Below the pieces are notes generated by a model that was not told the DNA's origin, did not search any database, and saw only the letters and a program-made list of their open reading frames with translations. A DNA stretch of 64,000 nucleotides from Vulcanimicrobiota bacterium (GTDB taxonomy: Bacteria; Vulcanimicrobiota; Vulcanimicrobiia; Vulcanimicrobiales; Vulcanimicrobiaceae): positions 1,184,001-1,248,000 of the forward strand of contig OY970223.1 of the NCBI GenBank assembly GCA_963714015.1, read 5' to 3'. How positions within the stretch are numbered: the first letter of the stretch is position 1; each line of letters starts with the position of its first letter. This document shows positions 45,998 to 56,561 of this stretch, in pieces. Position numbers and translations under genes: made by a program.

Positions 45998-47161
45998 CTA
46001 GTCTTCGAAGCGTAAGCTCGCCGGTTTTGGCGGGATCTCCGTATAAGCCATCGGACGATCCCACCAATCATGAGCGCGCCGGCGGATCTGCTCCGGCGTG
46101 GGCTCGGGCGGCTTTTTCAACTGCAGCGCCAGATCGTACGCATCGGCGTACCGGTCGATCATACGTTCCACTGAGAACTCGTCCTCGACGCGCTTGCGGC
46201 ATGCGGCGCGATCGAGACGCGCCAGTTCGGGAACGCGCGCCGCGGCATCCTCGACCGAATCGCAGACGAACCCCGTAACGCCGTCGACGACGACCTCCGG
46301 AACGGAGCCCATATTCGCGCCGATCACCGGTGTGCCGCAAGCCATTGCTTCAACCATCGTCAGGCCGAAGCGTTCGGGACGCGTCGTCATGTGCACGAGC
46401 GCGAGCGCATTGGTGAGCAGCTCGTCTCTTTCCCGGCGGCGCACTTCACCCAAGAATTGAATCTGCTCGCCGTCGATGTGCGGCTCGACTTGCGTGTGAA
46501 AGTACGCGTCGTCTTGGGGAATCGCTGCAATTTTCAGTTGTTTGCCCGAGCGTTTGGCGATTTCGATGGCCAAATGCGTGCCCTTCTCGGGGTGGAAGCG
46601 TCCAAGGAAGACGAGATACTCGCCTGCCTTTGAACTAAACGTGAACTCCTGCGGGTCGATCCCGTTATACGTCGTCGCCAAATACGACAGTCCCGGATCG
46701 CGATCGGCGTCGCTTATGGAGCAGTAGAAGCTGCGATTGGCGCAAGCATAGTACGCTGCGAGTATCTGCGGGCTTGAAAAACCGTGCACGGTCGTGAGCA
46801 TCGGCGGCGATGCGCAAGCCATTGCGTACGTCATCGGCTTCCAGTCGAAGTTGTTGTGGATCAAGTCGAAGTCGCCGGCCCGCTCCATCAGACGCGCGAT
46901 GTGCAGCGCCGAGAATACCTCAGCATTCAGCGCCGGATCTTCCGCAATGCCTACCGAGACGACGGATTCCAGACGTCCTTCGAACTGCGAATTGCCCGGC
47001 GCGAAGAGCGTGACGTCGGCGCCCCTGCGCCGCATGCCGTCGGCGATGTTGAAGGCGATTTGCTCCCACGGTCCATATCCGGGAGGCGGAACGGGCCACG
47101 TGATCGGAGCCAATACGGCGAGGCGAAGTCCCTGCAAACTCACGGCAGGGGCTTTACCCAA
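45998..47161 (-). CDS. Glycosyltransferase family 4
   Basis: VPPPGYG, FLGRFHPEKG, ERFGLTMVEAMACGTPVI. Confidence 0.92.
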   Translation of the reverse strand: MGKAPAVSLQGLRLAVLAPITWPVPPPGYGPWEQIAFNIADGMRRRGADVTLFAPGNSQFEGRLESVVSVGIAEDPALNAEVFSALHIARLMERAGDFDLIHNNFDWKPMTYAMACASPPMLTTVHGFSSPQILAAYYACANRSFYCSISDADRDPGLSYLATTYNGIDPQEFTFSSKAGEYLVFLGRFHPEKGTHLAIEIAKRSGKQLKIAAIPQDDAYFHTQVEPHIDGEQIQFLGEVRRRERDELLTNALALVHMTTRPERFGLTMVEAMACGTPVIGANMGSVPEVVVDGVTGFVCDSVEDAAARVPELARLDRAACRKRVEDEFSVERMIDRYADAYDLALQLKKPPEPTPEQIRRRAHDWWDRPMAYTEIPPKPASLRFED

Positions 47162-47171
47162 TTCACCACCC

Positions 47172-48008
47172 TCAAACGAATTGCGACGTCAAAAGCTGCA
47201 GCTTACGCTCCGACTCAGAACCGGGTTCCGCGGTATACACGATGAGCCGCATATCCGGAAAGTCCGGCACGAAGAGCGTCGTGTGATCCAGGATCATCTC
47301 GCCGACTTGAGGATGAAAGAACTGCTTCATCCCCTGCGTGGCATCGCAAACGTCGTGCTGCGCCCACCAGCGCCGAAAGTGTTCGCTTTGCGCCTGCAGC
47401 TCGGAGATCAGCACGCGAAACTTGGCGTCGTCCGGATAACGCGCCGCCACCGAGCGCACTTGAGCGACGATGTTCGGACCGATGGCCTCCCATTGCGGAT
47501 GACGTTGCCGCGACTTCGCGTTCATGAAGAACGACCAAAGCATGTTGCGCGGAACTTCTTCGTCCTGCGGCATGTAGCAAAGCGTCGCGCGCCAAGAGCG
47601 GTTGAAAGCGAGCAGATCCCAGCGGCGTCCGCGAATGTACGCCGGCGCAGGATTGAGCGCGTCCAGCGTGCGTCGCAGCACCTCGCTCACGATCTCGTCG
47701 GGGGCGTCCTGGGTCTCCGGAATTTGGTGACCTGCCAGCGTGAACAAATGTCGCCGTTCGGTTTGCGTGAGGCGCAGCGCTCGCGCAATCGCCTCCAGCA
47801 CGTCGCTCGAAACGTTGATCGGCAAACCTTGTTCGAGACGCGTGTACCACGTCGATCCCATGTTGGCGAGAAGGGCGACTTCCTCGCGGCGCAACCCCGG
47901 CGTGCGTCGGCGCGGTCCTTCTAGTAGACCTACGTCCGAGGGCGCGAGACGCGCTCGCCGCGTGCGGAGAAAGTCGCTTAGCTCCTCACGCCGGTCCGCG
48001 TCCCCCAT
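47172..48008 (-). CDS. XRE/MmyB-like transcriptional regulator
   Basis: LSDFLRTRRARL, RRTPGLRREEVA, WYTRLEQG. Confidence 0.92.
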   Translation of the reverse strand: MGDADRREELSDFLRTRRARLAPSDVGLLEGPRRRTPGLRREEVALLANMGSTWYTRLEQGLPINVSSDVLEAIARALRLTQTERRHLFTLAGHQIPETQDAPDEIVSEVLRRTLDALNPAPAYIRGRRWDLLAFNRSWRATLCYMPQDEEVPRNMLWSFFMNAKSRQRHPQWEAIGPNIVAQVRSVAARYPDDAKFRVLISELQAQSEHFRRWWAQHDVCDATQGMKQFFHPQVGEMILDHTTLFVPDFPDMRLIVYTAEPGSESERKLQLLTSQFV

Positions 48009-48186
48009 CGGGACGTTCAGTCCTAGATTCGTGTTTTCTGCCAATTCGATGCCTCCCCGAAGAGCGCGGCCAGGTAGGGGACCACTCGCAGTACTAGGAT
48101 AAAAGCGGTCTCGTCGTAGTATCCTGTAGCGGCTATCATAGCACCTAGGGCGCAGATCGTCTACGCGTCCAGGAGATTCCCACTCG

Positions 48187-49755
48187 ATGCAAACCGCAGT
48201 GCGCACGCCGTTGCGCGCCGAGTTTCCCATTGCTAAAAGGCCGCCGCATCTGCACGCCGTCGTCCCGGCCTCGCTGGTGGAGTACGGCGCGCGGCGCATC
48301 ATCGTCGTCGCCGGCGTCATGCTGGCGGCGCTGCTGCAGACCATCGACACGACGATCGTCAACGTCGCGCTGCCCACGATCCAAGGCAATCTCGGCGCTT
48401 CAGTCGACGAGGGGGCTTGGGTGGTTACCGCCTACGTCATCGCCAACGTCGTGGTCATTCCGCTGGCGCCTTGGCTGCAGCGGCGGTTCGGGCGCAAGAA
48501 CTACTTCATCGTCTCCATTATCGGATTCACCGCGGCCTCTATGCTCTGCGGTCTGGCGACCAGCTTGCCGAGCCTCATTCTGTTCCGAATCGTCCAGGGC
48601 GCGTTCGGCGGCGGACTGCTCTCGACGGCGCAACTGATTCTGCGCGACACGTTTCCGGCCGAGCAGCTGGGCACGAGCCAGTCGATCTTTGCTTTCGCGA
48701 CGATCATCGGTCCGTCGGTCGGACCGACACTCGGCGGGATCATCACCGACAACGCGTCGTGGCCCTGGGTCTTCGACATCAATCTGGTTCCCGGCGCCGC
48801 CGCCGTGGTGATCCTGTGGTTCTTTCTGCGGGATCACACCAAACCGCAGCGCGAGAACGTGGATGCAGTCGGAATCGGGCTGCTCATAGTGACCGTAGCA
48901 TCGCTGCAGTTCGTGCTCGATCAGGGCCAGCAGTACGACTGGTTTTCCGATTCGCGAATCGTTTTCTGTTCCTTTACGGCGATTGCCGGCGCCATAGCCT
49001 TCGTTTGGTGGGAGCTCACCGTCTCCTCGCCAGTCGTCGATCTGCGCGTGCTGCGTCATCGCCCCGTCGTCGTGGCTTCGCTCGTCGCCGTCGCGAATGC
49101 CGTCAGTGTCTTCGGCGTCGGCTTGCTGCTGCCGCAGTGCACGATCGATCTGCTCGGGTTCACGTCGACGCAGGCCGGTATGCTCATCGGTGCGCGCGCC
49201 CTGCCGATAGCACTGCTTACGATTCCGATTGGACGAATCGCCAACGCGAAAGGCATCGATTTGCGCGTAATGATCGGCGGCGGACTCTTCATTGCGGGAC
49301 TCGGCGCGCTTTGGGTTTCTCAAACGCTCACGATGCAGACCGACTTCGACTCGCTGGTGTTGCCGCTGATGTTCTGCGGGTTCGGCATCGCATTTATCTA
49401 CTCGCCGCTTCTGGTTGCAACGCTCCGATCCGTGCCTCCCACTGAGGGTCCCAAAGTGGCTGCGTTTCTGATTCTTGCGCTCCAACTGGGCGGTTCGGCG
49501 TCGATCGCGTCGCTCGTCGCCCTTGCGGATCGCCGCACCCAGCTGCATCAGAGCCAATTGGCGGCGCAAGCGACGCTGAGCCGGCCGCAGATTGCAGCGT
49601 TCCTTTCCTCGCATCCGGTCGCCGATCTCTATCACCTGATCGCTTCGCAATCTGCCGTCATGGCCTACGCCGACGTGCTGTTTGCCGCAGGCTGCATTGC
49701 GGTCGTTTTTTCACCCTTCGTCTCTTTGCTTACTCAGAAAGGATCTGCACGATGA
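48187..49755 (+). CDS. DHA2 (EmrB/QacA) MFS transporter
   Basis: DTTIVNVALP, WVVTAY, FRIVQG, GPTLGG. Confidence 0.93.
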   Translation: MQTAVRTPLRAEFPIAKRPPHLHAVVPASLVEYGARRIIVVAGVMLAALLQTIDTTIVNVALPTIQGNLGASVDEGAWVVTAYVIANVVVIPLAPWLQRRFGRKNYFIVSIIGFTAASMLCGLATSLPSLILFRIVQGAFGGGLLSTAQLILRDTFPAEQLGTSQSIFAFATIIGPSVGPTLGGIITDNASWPWVFDINLVPGAAAVVILWFFLRDHTKPQRENVDAVGIGLLIVTVASLQFVLDQGQQYDWFSDSRIVFCSFTAIAGAIAFVWWELTVSSPVVDLRVLRHRPVVVASLVAVANAVSVFGVGLLLPQCTIDLLGFTSTQAGMLIGARALPIALLTIPIGRIANAKGIDLRVMIGGGLFIAGLGALWVSQTLTMQTDFDSLVLPLMFCGFGIAFIYSPLLVATLRSVPPTEGPKVAAFLILALQLGGSASIASLVALADRRTQLHQSQLAAQATLSRPQIAAFLSSHPVADLYHLIASQSAVMAYADVLFAAGCIAVVFSPFVSLLTQKGSAR

Positions 49756-50030
49756 TTCCATCCGAAGCCATTCCGTCGTGCCGCGAGTCTGCTCGTTGCG
49801 CTGCTGGAGTTCGCCGACGGCGATCCGGCGCCGCGCCGCCACGCCGCTCACGTCTACCGCGCTTATCTGCATGCGCTGCGCGCCGAATCATCCACTGCGC
49901 GGGAGCGTCGCTGGAAGCGCTTCGTCAACGCGCTGGCCGCGCACATCGGCTATGCGGGCGACTCAAACGCGAACGCTTCCATCCTTCACGAAATGGTTGC
50001 CGAGAACGCGGATCTTCTGGAAACTTCTAC
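49752..50030 (+). CDS. Small helical hypothetical protein (frameshifted; end approximate)
   Basis: ATG overlaps the MFS stop; the shifted frame reads LLVALLEFADGDP...ILHEMVAENADLL. Confidence 0.4.
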
Positions 50031-50983
50031 ACTGTGGCGTTTTCGTATGCCAGCACGACTTGACGCGCATGCTCTATCGCGTCTTGCCGGAGCTGCGGCG
50101 GGTCGATGACCCGCACGCACGCGCCCCACGAAGCAACGCTTGAGAGCGCCATCCGGTACTCCGGAAATCTGACGCAGAGCGTCTTTCCATGCGGTTCTTC
50201 CCGCAGGACGTCGACGTCGCTGTAGGCGGTCATCGTAACCATTTCGACCCATTCGGTTGGAACGAATACGATGGCTTCGCAGGCGTTCACCGTACGCTCG
50301 ACCGCGCTCATCGAGGAACGCCAGTGCTGCTCCAAATCAAAGTCCGCCGGACGCTGGAACACCGTGATCAGCATTTCCACCTCGACGATGCGATCGACGC
50401 GGAACGAACGCATGTCGCCGCCCGGCTCACGCGCGATTAAATACCAGATCCCGGCTTTGGAGACGAGGCCGAACGGATCCGCGATACGGTTCGTCGAGTT
50501 TCCCGCGCGGTCGCGGTAGGCGATCCGCAACTGGCGGTCGTCCCAGACGGCGCGCCGCAATTCTGCAAGAACGGGCGCGGGCTGCGCGGTGCGATACCAC
50601 TTATTGTGATCGAGAAAGATGCGCTGACGGGCTTGCTCGGCGGCGCGGCGCTGCAGCTCGGGTAATGCGCCGGAGAGCTTGACCAGGGCGTCGCGATGTC
50701 CGGTGACGCCCAGTTCGGAGAGAGGATCGGCGGCTGCGAGAAAGAGCGCGTGCAATTCGTCGGTGTTGAAACGCGTGATCGCTTGGCGATACCCCTCGGC
50801 CAATGCGATTCCGCCGTTGCTTCCGCGTTCCGCATACACCGGAACGCCCGCAGCACCCAAGCTGTCGGCGTCGCGATAAACCGTGCGCTTCGATACTTCC
50901 AATGCGCCCGCAAGCTCGCGCGCGCTGCGCGGACTACGCGCCTGCAGCATCAGCAGCATCGATAGGAGTCTGTCGGATTTCAT
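50027..50983 (-). CDS. HTH-WYL (YafY/PafB-like) transcriptional regulator
   Basis: ELAGALEVSKRTVYRD, PFGLVSKAGIWYL, RSFRVDRI. Confidence 0.93.
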   Translation of the reverse strand: MKSDRLLSMLLMLQARSPRSARELAGALEVSKRTVYRDADSLGAAGVPVYAERGSNGGIALAEGYRQAITRFNTDELHALFLAAADPLSELGVTGHRDALVKLSGALPELQRRAAEQARQRIFLDHNKWYRTAQPAPVLAELRRAVWDDRQLRIAYRDRAGNSTNRIADPFGLVSKAGIWYLIAREPGGDMRSFRVDRIVEVEMLITVFQRPADFDLEQHWRSSMSAVERTVNACEAIVFVPTEWVEMVTMTAYSDVDVLREEPHGKTLCVRFPEYRMALSSVASWGACVRVIDPPQLRQDAIEHARQVVLAYENATV

Positions 50984-50992
50984 TTTGAAAGG

Positions 50993-51311
50993 CGCTCCGG
51001 CCTAGCCTCCGCGCCCCCCACGCTAAAGCGCGGGGCCCCCATCACCGTGGCGCGCGCACGATTCGTTCTTACGGAAGCCTCCCCGTGGGCGCGCCGAACA
51101 AAGATTTGTGCAACTCGCTCCGGCCTAGCCTCCGCGCCCCCCACGCTAAAGCGCGGGGCCCCCATTTCCGTGGCGCGCGCACGATCCGTTCTTACGCGAG
51201 CCTCCCCGTGGGCGCGCCGAACAAAGATTTGTGCAACTCGCTCCGGCCTAGCCTCCGCGCCCCCCCCGCTAAAGCGCGGGGCCCCCATTTCCGTGGCGCG
51301 CGCACGATCCG
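50993..51311. repeat. Tandem 123-bp structured repeat, ~2.6 copies
   Basis: Units start at 50993, 51116 and 51239 (CGCTCCGGCCTAGCCTCCGCGCCCC...), near-identical. Confidence 0.95.
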
Positions 51312-51314
51312 CGA

Positions 51315-52220
51315 TCATCCCGCGGCGCGCTCCATGGCTTGAAAAGCTTTGCTGGTCAGCTCGTGATCCAAAACGCCCGCGATGAAGCGCGAGGCTGCGC
51401 GAACTTTCGTCAAATCGACGCCGGTCCGGATCTGCATGCCGTGCAGCATGTACAGCAGGTCTTCGGTGCCGAGATTTCCGGTGGCTCCGGGCGCGTAGGG
51501 GCAACCGCCCAGACCACCGCTGCTGGAGTCGAAGATTTCGATGCCGTGCTGAAGGGCGGCGTACACGTTTGCAAGCGCCGTCCCACGCGTGTCGTGAAAG
51601 TGCATGGCGAGCTTCGAGATCGGAATCTCTTGCCGCAGAAGCGGAACGAGCTCGTCAACCTGCGAGGGAACGCCCACACCGATGGTGTCCCCGATCGAAA
51701 TTTCGTCGCAGCCGAGGTCTAAGAGCCGCCGCGCGACCTGCGCAACCATCACGGGCTCGATTCGATCTCCGAAGGGCGAACCGAAAGCCGTGGACACGTA
51801 ACCGCGCACCCACATGTCGTTTTCCTTCGCGTTGCGCACGACGTCGCGAAACGTTTCGATCGACTGGTCGATCGTCATGTTGATATTGCGGCGGGTGAAC
51901 TCTTCGGATGCCGCCGTAAATACGCCGATAGCGTCTGCACCGGCGGCTTTCGCGCGCTCTAATCCTTTGACGTTCGGTGCGAGTACGGGATAGCGCACGC
52001 CGGAGCGCCGGTCGATCTTCGAAAAGACTTCCGCCGCGTCCGCGAGCTGCGGAATCGCCTTTGGGCTCACGAACGACGTCGTCTCGATCAGCGGCAGTCC
52101 GGATTCGGACAGCATGTCGATGTAGCGCACTTTATCGGCGGTCGAAACGACGGTGTGCTCGTTCTGAAGTCCGTCGCGCGGGCCCATCTCGCAAACCCGG
52201 ACGGCTGTTGGCAGACTCAT
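51315..52220 (-). CDS. Hydroxymethylglutaryl-CoA lyase (LiuE-like)
   Basis: GPRDGLQNE, SFVSPK, HFHDTRG, GGCPYAPGATGN. Confidence 0.95.
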   Translation of the reverse strand: MSLPTAVRVCEMGPRDGLQNEHTVVSTADKVRYIDMLSESGLPLIETTSFVSPKAIPQLADAAEVFSKIDRRSGVRYPVLAPNVKGLERAKAAGADAIGVFTAASEEFTRRNINMTIDQSIETFRDVVRNAKENDMWVRGYVSTAFGSPFGDRIEPVMVAQVARRLLDLGCDEISIGDTIGVGVPSQVDELVPLLRQEIPISKLAMHFHDTRGTALANVYAALQHGIEIFDSSSGGLGGCPYAPGATGNLGTEDLLYMLHGMQIRTGVDLTKVRAASRFIAGVLDHELTSKAFQAMERAAG

Positions 52221-53008
52221 TGCCGGACGGGTTCGACGGCGGGCTGGGGCTGTGCTCCCAAGAAACGCGTCACAGCGCGCAGCGTCACCGGCCAAACCCG
52301 GTCGTTCGCCAAAAATCCTTTGCTGAGCATGATGAAACGGTCGAAGTGACCGATGATGTTCATGTGGTTGGCGTGCGGCCCCGAGATGTAGTGGGCCGGT
52401 ATCCGGCTGCCCAGCGAGGCGGAGTCGGCCCACACGAGGCCGTCGTTGTCGCCGCCGCGCGAAGGAATCATTCCGGCGATCGACAGGAGGCGCACGCTCT
52501 TGGGGCCGACCCAGGGCTCGCGGTCGAGCACCCAGTCGCGCCACCCGCGTGGCGTCAGTTCCCAATGGCCGCCGGTTCCGTTCAGCCACCGCATGAACGG
52601 TGAATAGAGATCCATGTCGCCAAAGGCTTTGTCCGGAATGCGCAGCATCGCATAAATTTGCGGAAGGGCGTAGGTTTGCACGCCCCAATTCGGGGTCGCG
52701 ATCATGATGGAGTGACTGACGTCATGCGCCCGGTGTTCGTAACGCCGCAGAAATCCGCGCACGACTAGTCCCCCGAGCGAGTATCCGAGCAGCACGATGG
52801 GAAATTGGCGTCCCTCACCTTTGAGCCGGTCGATGAACGCGCAGAACCGGTCGATACGCTCGCTCAGCGTGTCGTTGAACTCGCCGAACGTGAGCGAATT
52901 GATTCCGTAGTGATCGAGGCCGGGAACTTGCGCGGTGCCGCGGCGGAGCAAATCGAAATGCTCGGGCGGCTCGTTGTAGCCCGGAACCATAATAATGGTC
53001 AGGCTCAT
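52217..53008 (-). CDS. Alpha/beta hydrolase (lipase-like)
   Basis: GYSLGG nucleophile elbow, ATPNWG, NDGLV, NH. Confidence 0.85.
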   Translation of the reverse strand: MSLTIIMVPGYNEPPEHFDLLRRGTAQVPGLDHYGINSLTFGEFNDTLSERIDRFCAFIDRLKGEGRQFPIVLLGYSLGGLVVRGFLRRYEHRAHDVSHSIMIATPNWGVQTYALPQIYAMLRIPDKAFGDMDLYSPFMRWLNGTGGHWELTPRGWRDWVLDREPWVGPKSVRLLSIAGMIPSRGGDNDGLVWADSASLGSRIPAHYISGPHANHMNIIGHFDRFIMLSKGFLANDRVWPVTLRAVTRFLGAQPQPAVEPVRQ

Positions 53009-54906
53009 TGCAAGTCGATGAGCGGCGCATCGGCGCCCACGATATCCCCCACCTTGACGTGCAGCGCGCCTACCTTACCATCGGAGGACGCCTCGATGCG
53101 GTGCTCCATCTTCATGGCCTCCAGAACGATCAGCAGATCGCGCGTCTGGACCGCCGCGCCCGGCTCGACGGCGATTTTCACGATCTTTCCCGGCATCGGC
53201 GAGGCGATTCGGCCCGGACCCGCGCCGGAAGCGTGCGAGCTGTTCGCATCGACCGACGGCGGCGGCGCAAACCGCAGATGCCACGTTCGTCCATCTCGAT
53301 CGACCGTTACGCCGCCCGCCGCGACCCGAGCTGTCGAGTTTGGCGCATCGATGCGCACTTCGCCGGTAAAGTCGCCCTCGAGACGCCACACTGCCGGATC
53401 GGATGTGGCCGTTGCCTCCGATGCGATGCGCTTTCCGGCCGACTCGAGCGCGATCGGAACGCCCACTCCGCCGATGCGCCAAGGCGCGCGGCGTTCGCGC
53501 AGCAGCGCGGCAGCGGCCTCTGCGAAAATTTCTTTGGGAACCTGCGCGGGTTTTGAAAAGATCGTCTCGTCCAGATGTTCGTTAAGGAAGCTCGTCGGCG
53601 TGTCACCCGCGCGGTAGTGCGGTTCGCGCGCGATCCACAGCAAGAGCGGAACGTTGGAACGGATGCCGTCTATCGCAAAATCAGCTAGTGCCGTCTCCAA
53701 TCGGGCGATTGCGGCTATGCGATCCTCGCCCCAAACAATCAATTTTGCGAGCATCGGGTCGTAGTAGACCGACACTTCACTGCCGGTCTCGACGCCTGCG
53801 TCGACCCGAATGCCCGGACCTTCGGGCGGCTTCCACACCTCGATCGTTCCGGTCGAGGGAAGCATATGGTTCGCGGGATCTTCCGCATAGATGCGCGTTT
53901 CGATCGACCATCCGCGGGGCCGCGCTTCGCGTTGCTCGAGCGTCAAACGTTCGCCCTGCGCGATGCGCAGCTGCCAGTGTACCAAATCCACTCCGTACGC
54001 CAGTTCCGTAACGGGGTGCTCCACTTGCAGACGCGTGTTCATCTCGAGAAAATAGAACGTGCCGTCTTCGTCGAGCATGAACTCGCACGTGCCGGCGTTC
54101 ACGTAGTCGACCGATTTTGCGGCGCGCACGGCAGCGGCGCCCATCTCGTCGCGCAGCTCCGGCGTGAGTGCGACCGAAGGCGCCTCTTCGACGATTTTCT
54201 GATGCCGGCGCTGAATCGAGCACTCGCGCTCACCCAAGTGAAGGACGTTGCCGTGCGCGTCCGCGAGAATCTGGAATTCGATGTGCCGCGGACGGCGCAA
54301 GTAGCGTTCCAAGAGCACAGCGTCGCTGCCGAAGGCCGCGAGCGCTTCCCGTTTGGCTGCTTCGAGCGCTTCGTCGAACTGACCGATCGCCTCGACGACA
54401 CGCATACCCCGGCCGCCGCCTCCGGCGCTCGCTTTGATGAGCAGCGGAAAGCCGACGTCGTGCGCCTCTTTGCGAAGACGCGCGGGCGATTGATCGTCAC
54501 CGTCATATCCGGGCACCACCGGCACGTCGAACCGGCGCACGCGGCGCTTCGCTTCGATTTTGCTGCCCATCGCCTCCATCGACTCCGGCGAAGGTCCCAC
54601 GAAGGTCAATCCGGCATCGCGAACGGCGCTCGCGAATTGCGCGCGCTCCGAAAGGAACCCGTAGCCCGGATGCACCGCGTCGGCGCCGAGCGACTTGGCG
54701 GCCGCAACGACGGCCTCGACGTTCAAGTACGACTCCGCAGCTTGAGGCGGTCCGACGCACGCGGCCGCTTCCATGAATTTCAGGTGGTAAGAACGCGCGT
54801 CCGCCTGTGAGTAGATGCCGACCGGCGTAATACCCATCTCTCGTGCGCCGCGCGCGACTCGCACCGCGATTTCGCCCCGGTTGGCGATCAGCAGCCGGCG
54901 AATCAT
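53005..54906 (-). CDS. Methylcrotonyl-CoA carboxylase alpha (biotin carboxylase + carrier)
   Basis: ANRGEIA, HPGYGFLSE, RECSIQRRHQK, EAMKM. Confidence 0.93.
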   Translation of the reverse strand: MIRRLLIANRGEIAVRVARGAREMGITPVGIYSQADARSYHLKFMEAAACVGPPQAAESYLNVEAVVAAAKSLGADAVHPGYGFLSERAQFASAVRDAGLTFVGPSPESMEAMGSKIEAKRRVRRFDVPVVPGYDGDDQSPARLRKEAHDVGFPLLIKASAGGGGRGMRVVEAIGQFDEALEAAKREALAAFGSDAVLLERYLRRPRHIEFQILADAHGNVLHLGERECSIQRRHQKIVEEAPSVALTPELRDEMGAAAVRAAKSVDYVNAGTCEFMLDEDGTFYFLEMNTRLQVEHPVTELAYGVDLVHWQLRIAQGERLTLEQREARPRGWSIETRIYAEDPANHMLPSTGTIEVWKPPEGPGIRVDAGVETGSEVSVYYDPMLAKLIVWGEDRIAAIARLETALADFAIDGIRSNVPLLLWIAREPHYRAGDTPTSFLNEHLDETIFSKPAQVPKEIFAEAAAALLRERRAPWRIGGVGVPIALESAGKRIASEATATSDPAVWRLEGDFTGEVRIDAPNSTARVAAGGVTVDRDGRTWHLRFAPPPSVDANSSHASGAGPGRIASPMPGKIVKIAVEPGAAVQTRDLLIVLEAMKMEHRIEASSDGKVGALHVKVGDIVGADAPLIDLQ

Positions 54907-55688
54907 GCGATCCAGTTCGCGCTGCGGCGTTCCAAGAAAGCGCGCAGACCTTCTTGACCTTCGGCGGAAGTTCGCTGCCGCGCTATCGCTTCTGCGGTAA
55001 CCTCCAGCGATTCGTCATACGGTGTTTGGCGAACGCCGTGGATCAACGCTTTGGCGGCAGCGGCAGCAGACGGCCCTGCCGTTAGAACCTCGCGGACGAT
55101 CCGCTCCAGACAGACGTCCAGGGTATCGCCGACCACGACTTCGTGCACCAGTCCGATGGCTTGCGCGCGTTTGGCTTCGAAGCGCTCCCCCGTCAAAAAC
55201 AATGCTCGCGCATTGGAAACGCCGATCTTCGCGAGCACGAACGGTGAAATGACCGCCGGAATGATCCCGAGCTTGACCTCAGTAAAACCGAAGATCGCAT
55301 CGGAGCTCGCTATTGCAATATCGCATACCGCCGCGAGTCCGGCTCCCCCACCCAGCGCAGCGCCGTGAATGCGCCCGATAACCGGCTTCGGGCAACGATC
55401 GATCGTGCGGAACATGCGCGACATCGCTTCGGCGTCGGCGACGTTCCGATCGAAGTCCAGCTCCAGCGAATCTTTCATCCACGAGATGTCCGCGCCGCCG
55501 CAGAAAACTTTGCCCTCGCCCGATAGGACGATGGCGCGAACTTGCTCCTCCTCGCCCAGCCGGCGGAAGACTTGAGTCAATGCGGCGATGAGCTCGGCGT
55601 TGAAGGCGTTGCGAACCTCGGGGCGGCTGAGCCGCACGCGGGCGACGGAGCCTTCCATCTCGCATTGTAGTGAGGTAGCATTGGTCAT
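54903..55688 (-). CDS. Enoyl-CoA hydratase (methylglutaconyl-CoA hydratase-like)
   Basis: RPEVRNAF, FCGGAD, GGGAGL, EVKLGIIP. Confidence 0.9.
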   Translation of the reverse strand: MTNATSLQCEMEGSVARVRLSRPEVRNAFNAELIAALTQVFRRLGEEEQVRAIVLSGEGKVFCGGADISWMKDSLELDFDRNVADAEAMSRMFRTIDRCPKPVIGRIHGAALGGGAGLAAVCDIAIASSDAIFGFTEVKLGIIPAVISPFVLAKIGVSNARALFLTGERFEAKRAQAIGLVHEVVVGDTLDVCLERIVREVLTAGPSAAAAAKALIHGVRQTPYDESLEVTAEAIARQRTSAEGQEGLRAFLERRSANWIA

Positions 55689-55757
55689 GGCCCGGCGACG
55701 TTCGCGCCGGGGCCGGGCCTTTCATCCGGGACATCCCGGCGAGCGTATTACCTTAGT

Positions 55758-56561
55758 ATGGAAGAGCGTAAGATCGTCTACCGCCATTCGAGCGCCACGC
55801 GGATCACGCACTGGGTGTTTTTCATTGCGTTTCTTGCGCTGGTCAGCAGCGGGCTGCAGATCTTCAACGCCGCGCCGTATCTGGATGCTTCCGACAAGAC
55901 CAATCCATCGCACCGAGTGCTGCAGATAGGATCGCCTTCGGACGGCGTCGGGACCACCACCATTTTCGGACACACGTTCACCACGACGCGATGGCTGGGT
56001 TGGACCGACGACGGAATGGGCGGGCAAGGCCCGCGGGCGTTTCCGGGGTGGATCACGATTCCGTCATACCAGGATCTTGCCGACGGGCGCCGGTGGCATC
56101 TCTTCTTTGCGTGGTTCATGATTCTGTGCGGCGTTGCGTACGTCGTTGCGGGACTAGCGCGACGCGATCTGCGCCAGTTGATCCTGCGTCCTGCCGACGT
56201 TCCAAAGATTTTGCCGATGCAGCTCTATTATCTACGCTTGCGCAAGGAAGCGCCCCAGCACGGCAAATACAATCCGCTGCAGAAGACGGCATATACGCTG
56301 GTGCTTTTTGTTTTCGCGCCGCTGATCGTACTGAGCGGCCTTGCGTTGTCGCCCGGCTTCGACGCCTGGATGCCTTGGCTGGTGCATCTGCTGGGCGGAC
56401 GGCAATTTGCGCGGACGTGGCATTTTGCGGCGATGATCGCGCTCATCGGGTTCTTCGTCACGCACGTCCTTTTGGTCGCGACCACCGGCGCATGGAATCA
56501 CGTGCGCTCGATGGTCACGGGGCGCTATCGTCTGAGCTCGCACGACGGAGTCGGCATATGA
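55758..56561 (+). CDS. Cytochrome b/b6-domain membrane protein
   Basis: RITHW, RRWHLFFAW, YNPLQK, ARTWHF. Confidence 0.88.
   Translation: MEERKIVYRHSSATRITHWVFFIAFLALVSSGLQIFNAAPYLDASDKTNPSHRVLQIGSPSDGVGTTTIFGHTFTTTRWLGWTDDGMGGQGPRAFPGWITIPSYQDLADGRRWHLFFAWFMILCGVAYVVAGLARRDLRQLILRPADVPKILPMQLYYLRLRKEAPQHGKYNPLQKTAYTLVLFVFAPLIVLSGLALSPGFDAWMPWLVHLLGGRQFARTWHFAAMIALIGFFVTHVLLVATTGAWNHVRSMVTGRYRLSSHDGVGI

Noticed and set aside
50993..51311. CRISPR array
   Set aside because: The whole 123-bp unit repeats, with no unique spacers and no cas genes.
50980..51504. 174-aa repeat-containing ORF
   Set aside because: A by-product of the 3n repeat; it overlaps the HMG-CoA lyase in another frame and has no protein-like features.
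33488..54810. Long antisense ORFs (e.g. 33488-34780, 38609-39847, 48400-49650, 53866-54810)
   Set aside because: Shadow frames of GC-rich genes on the opposite strand.
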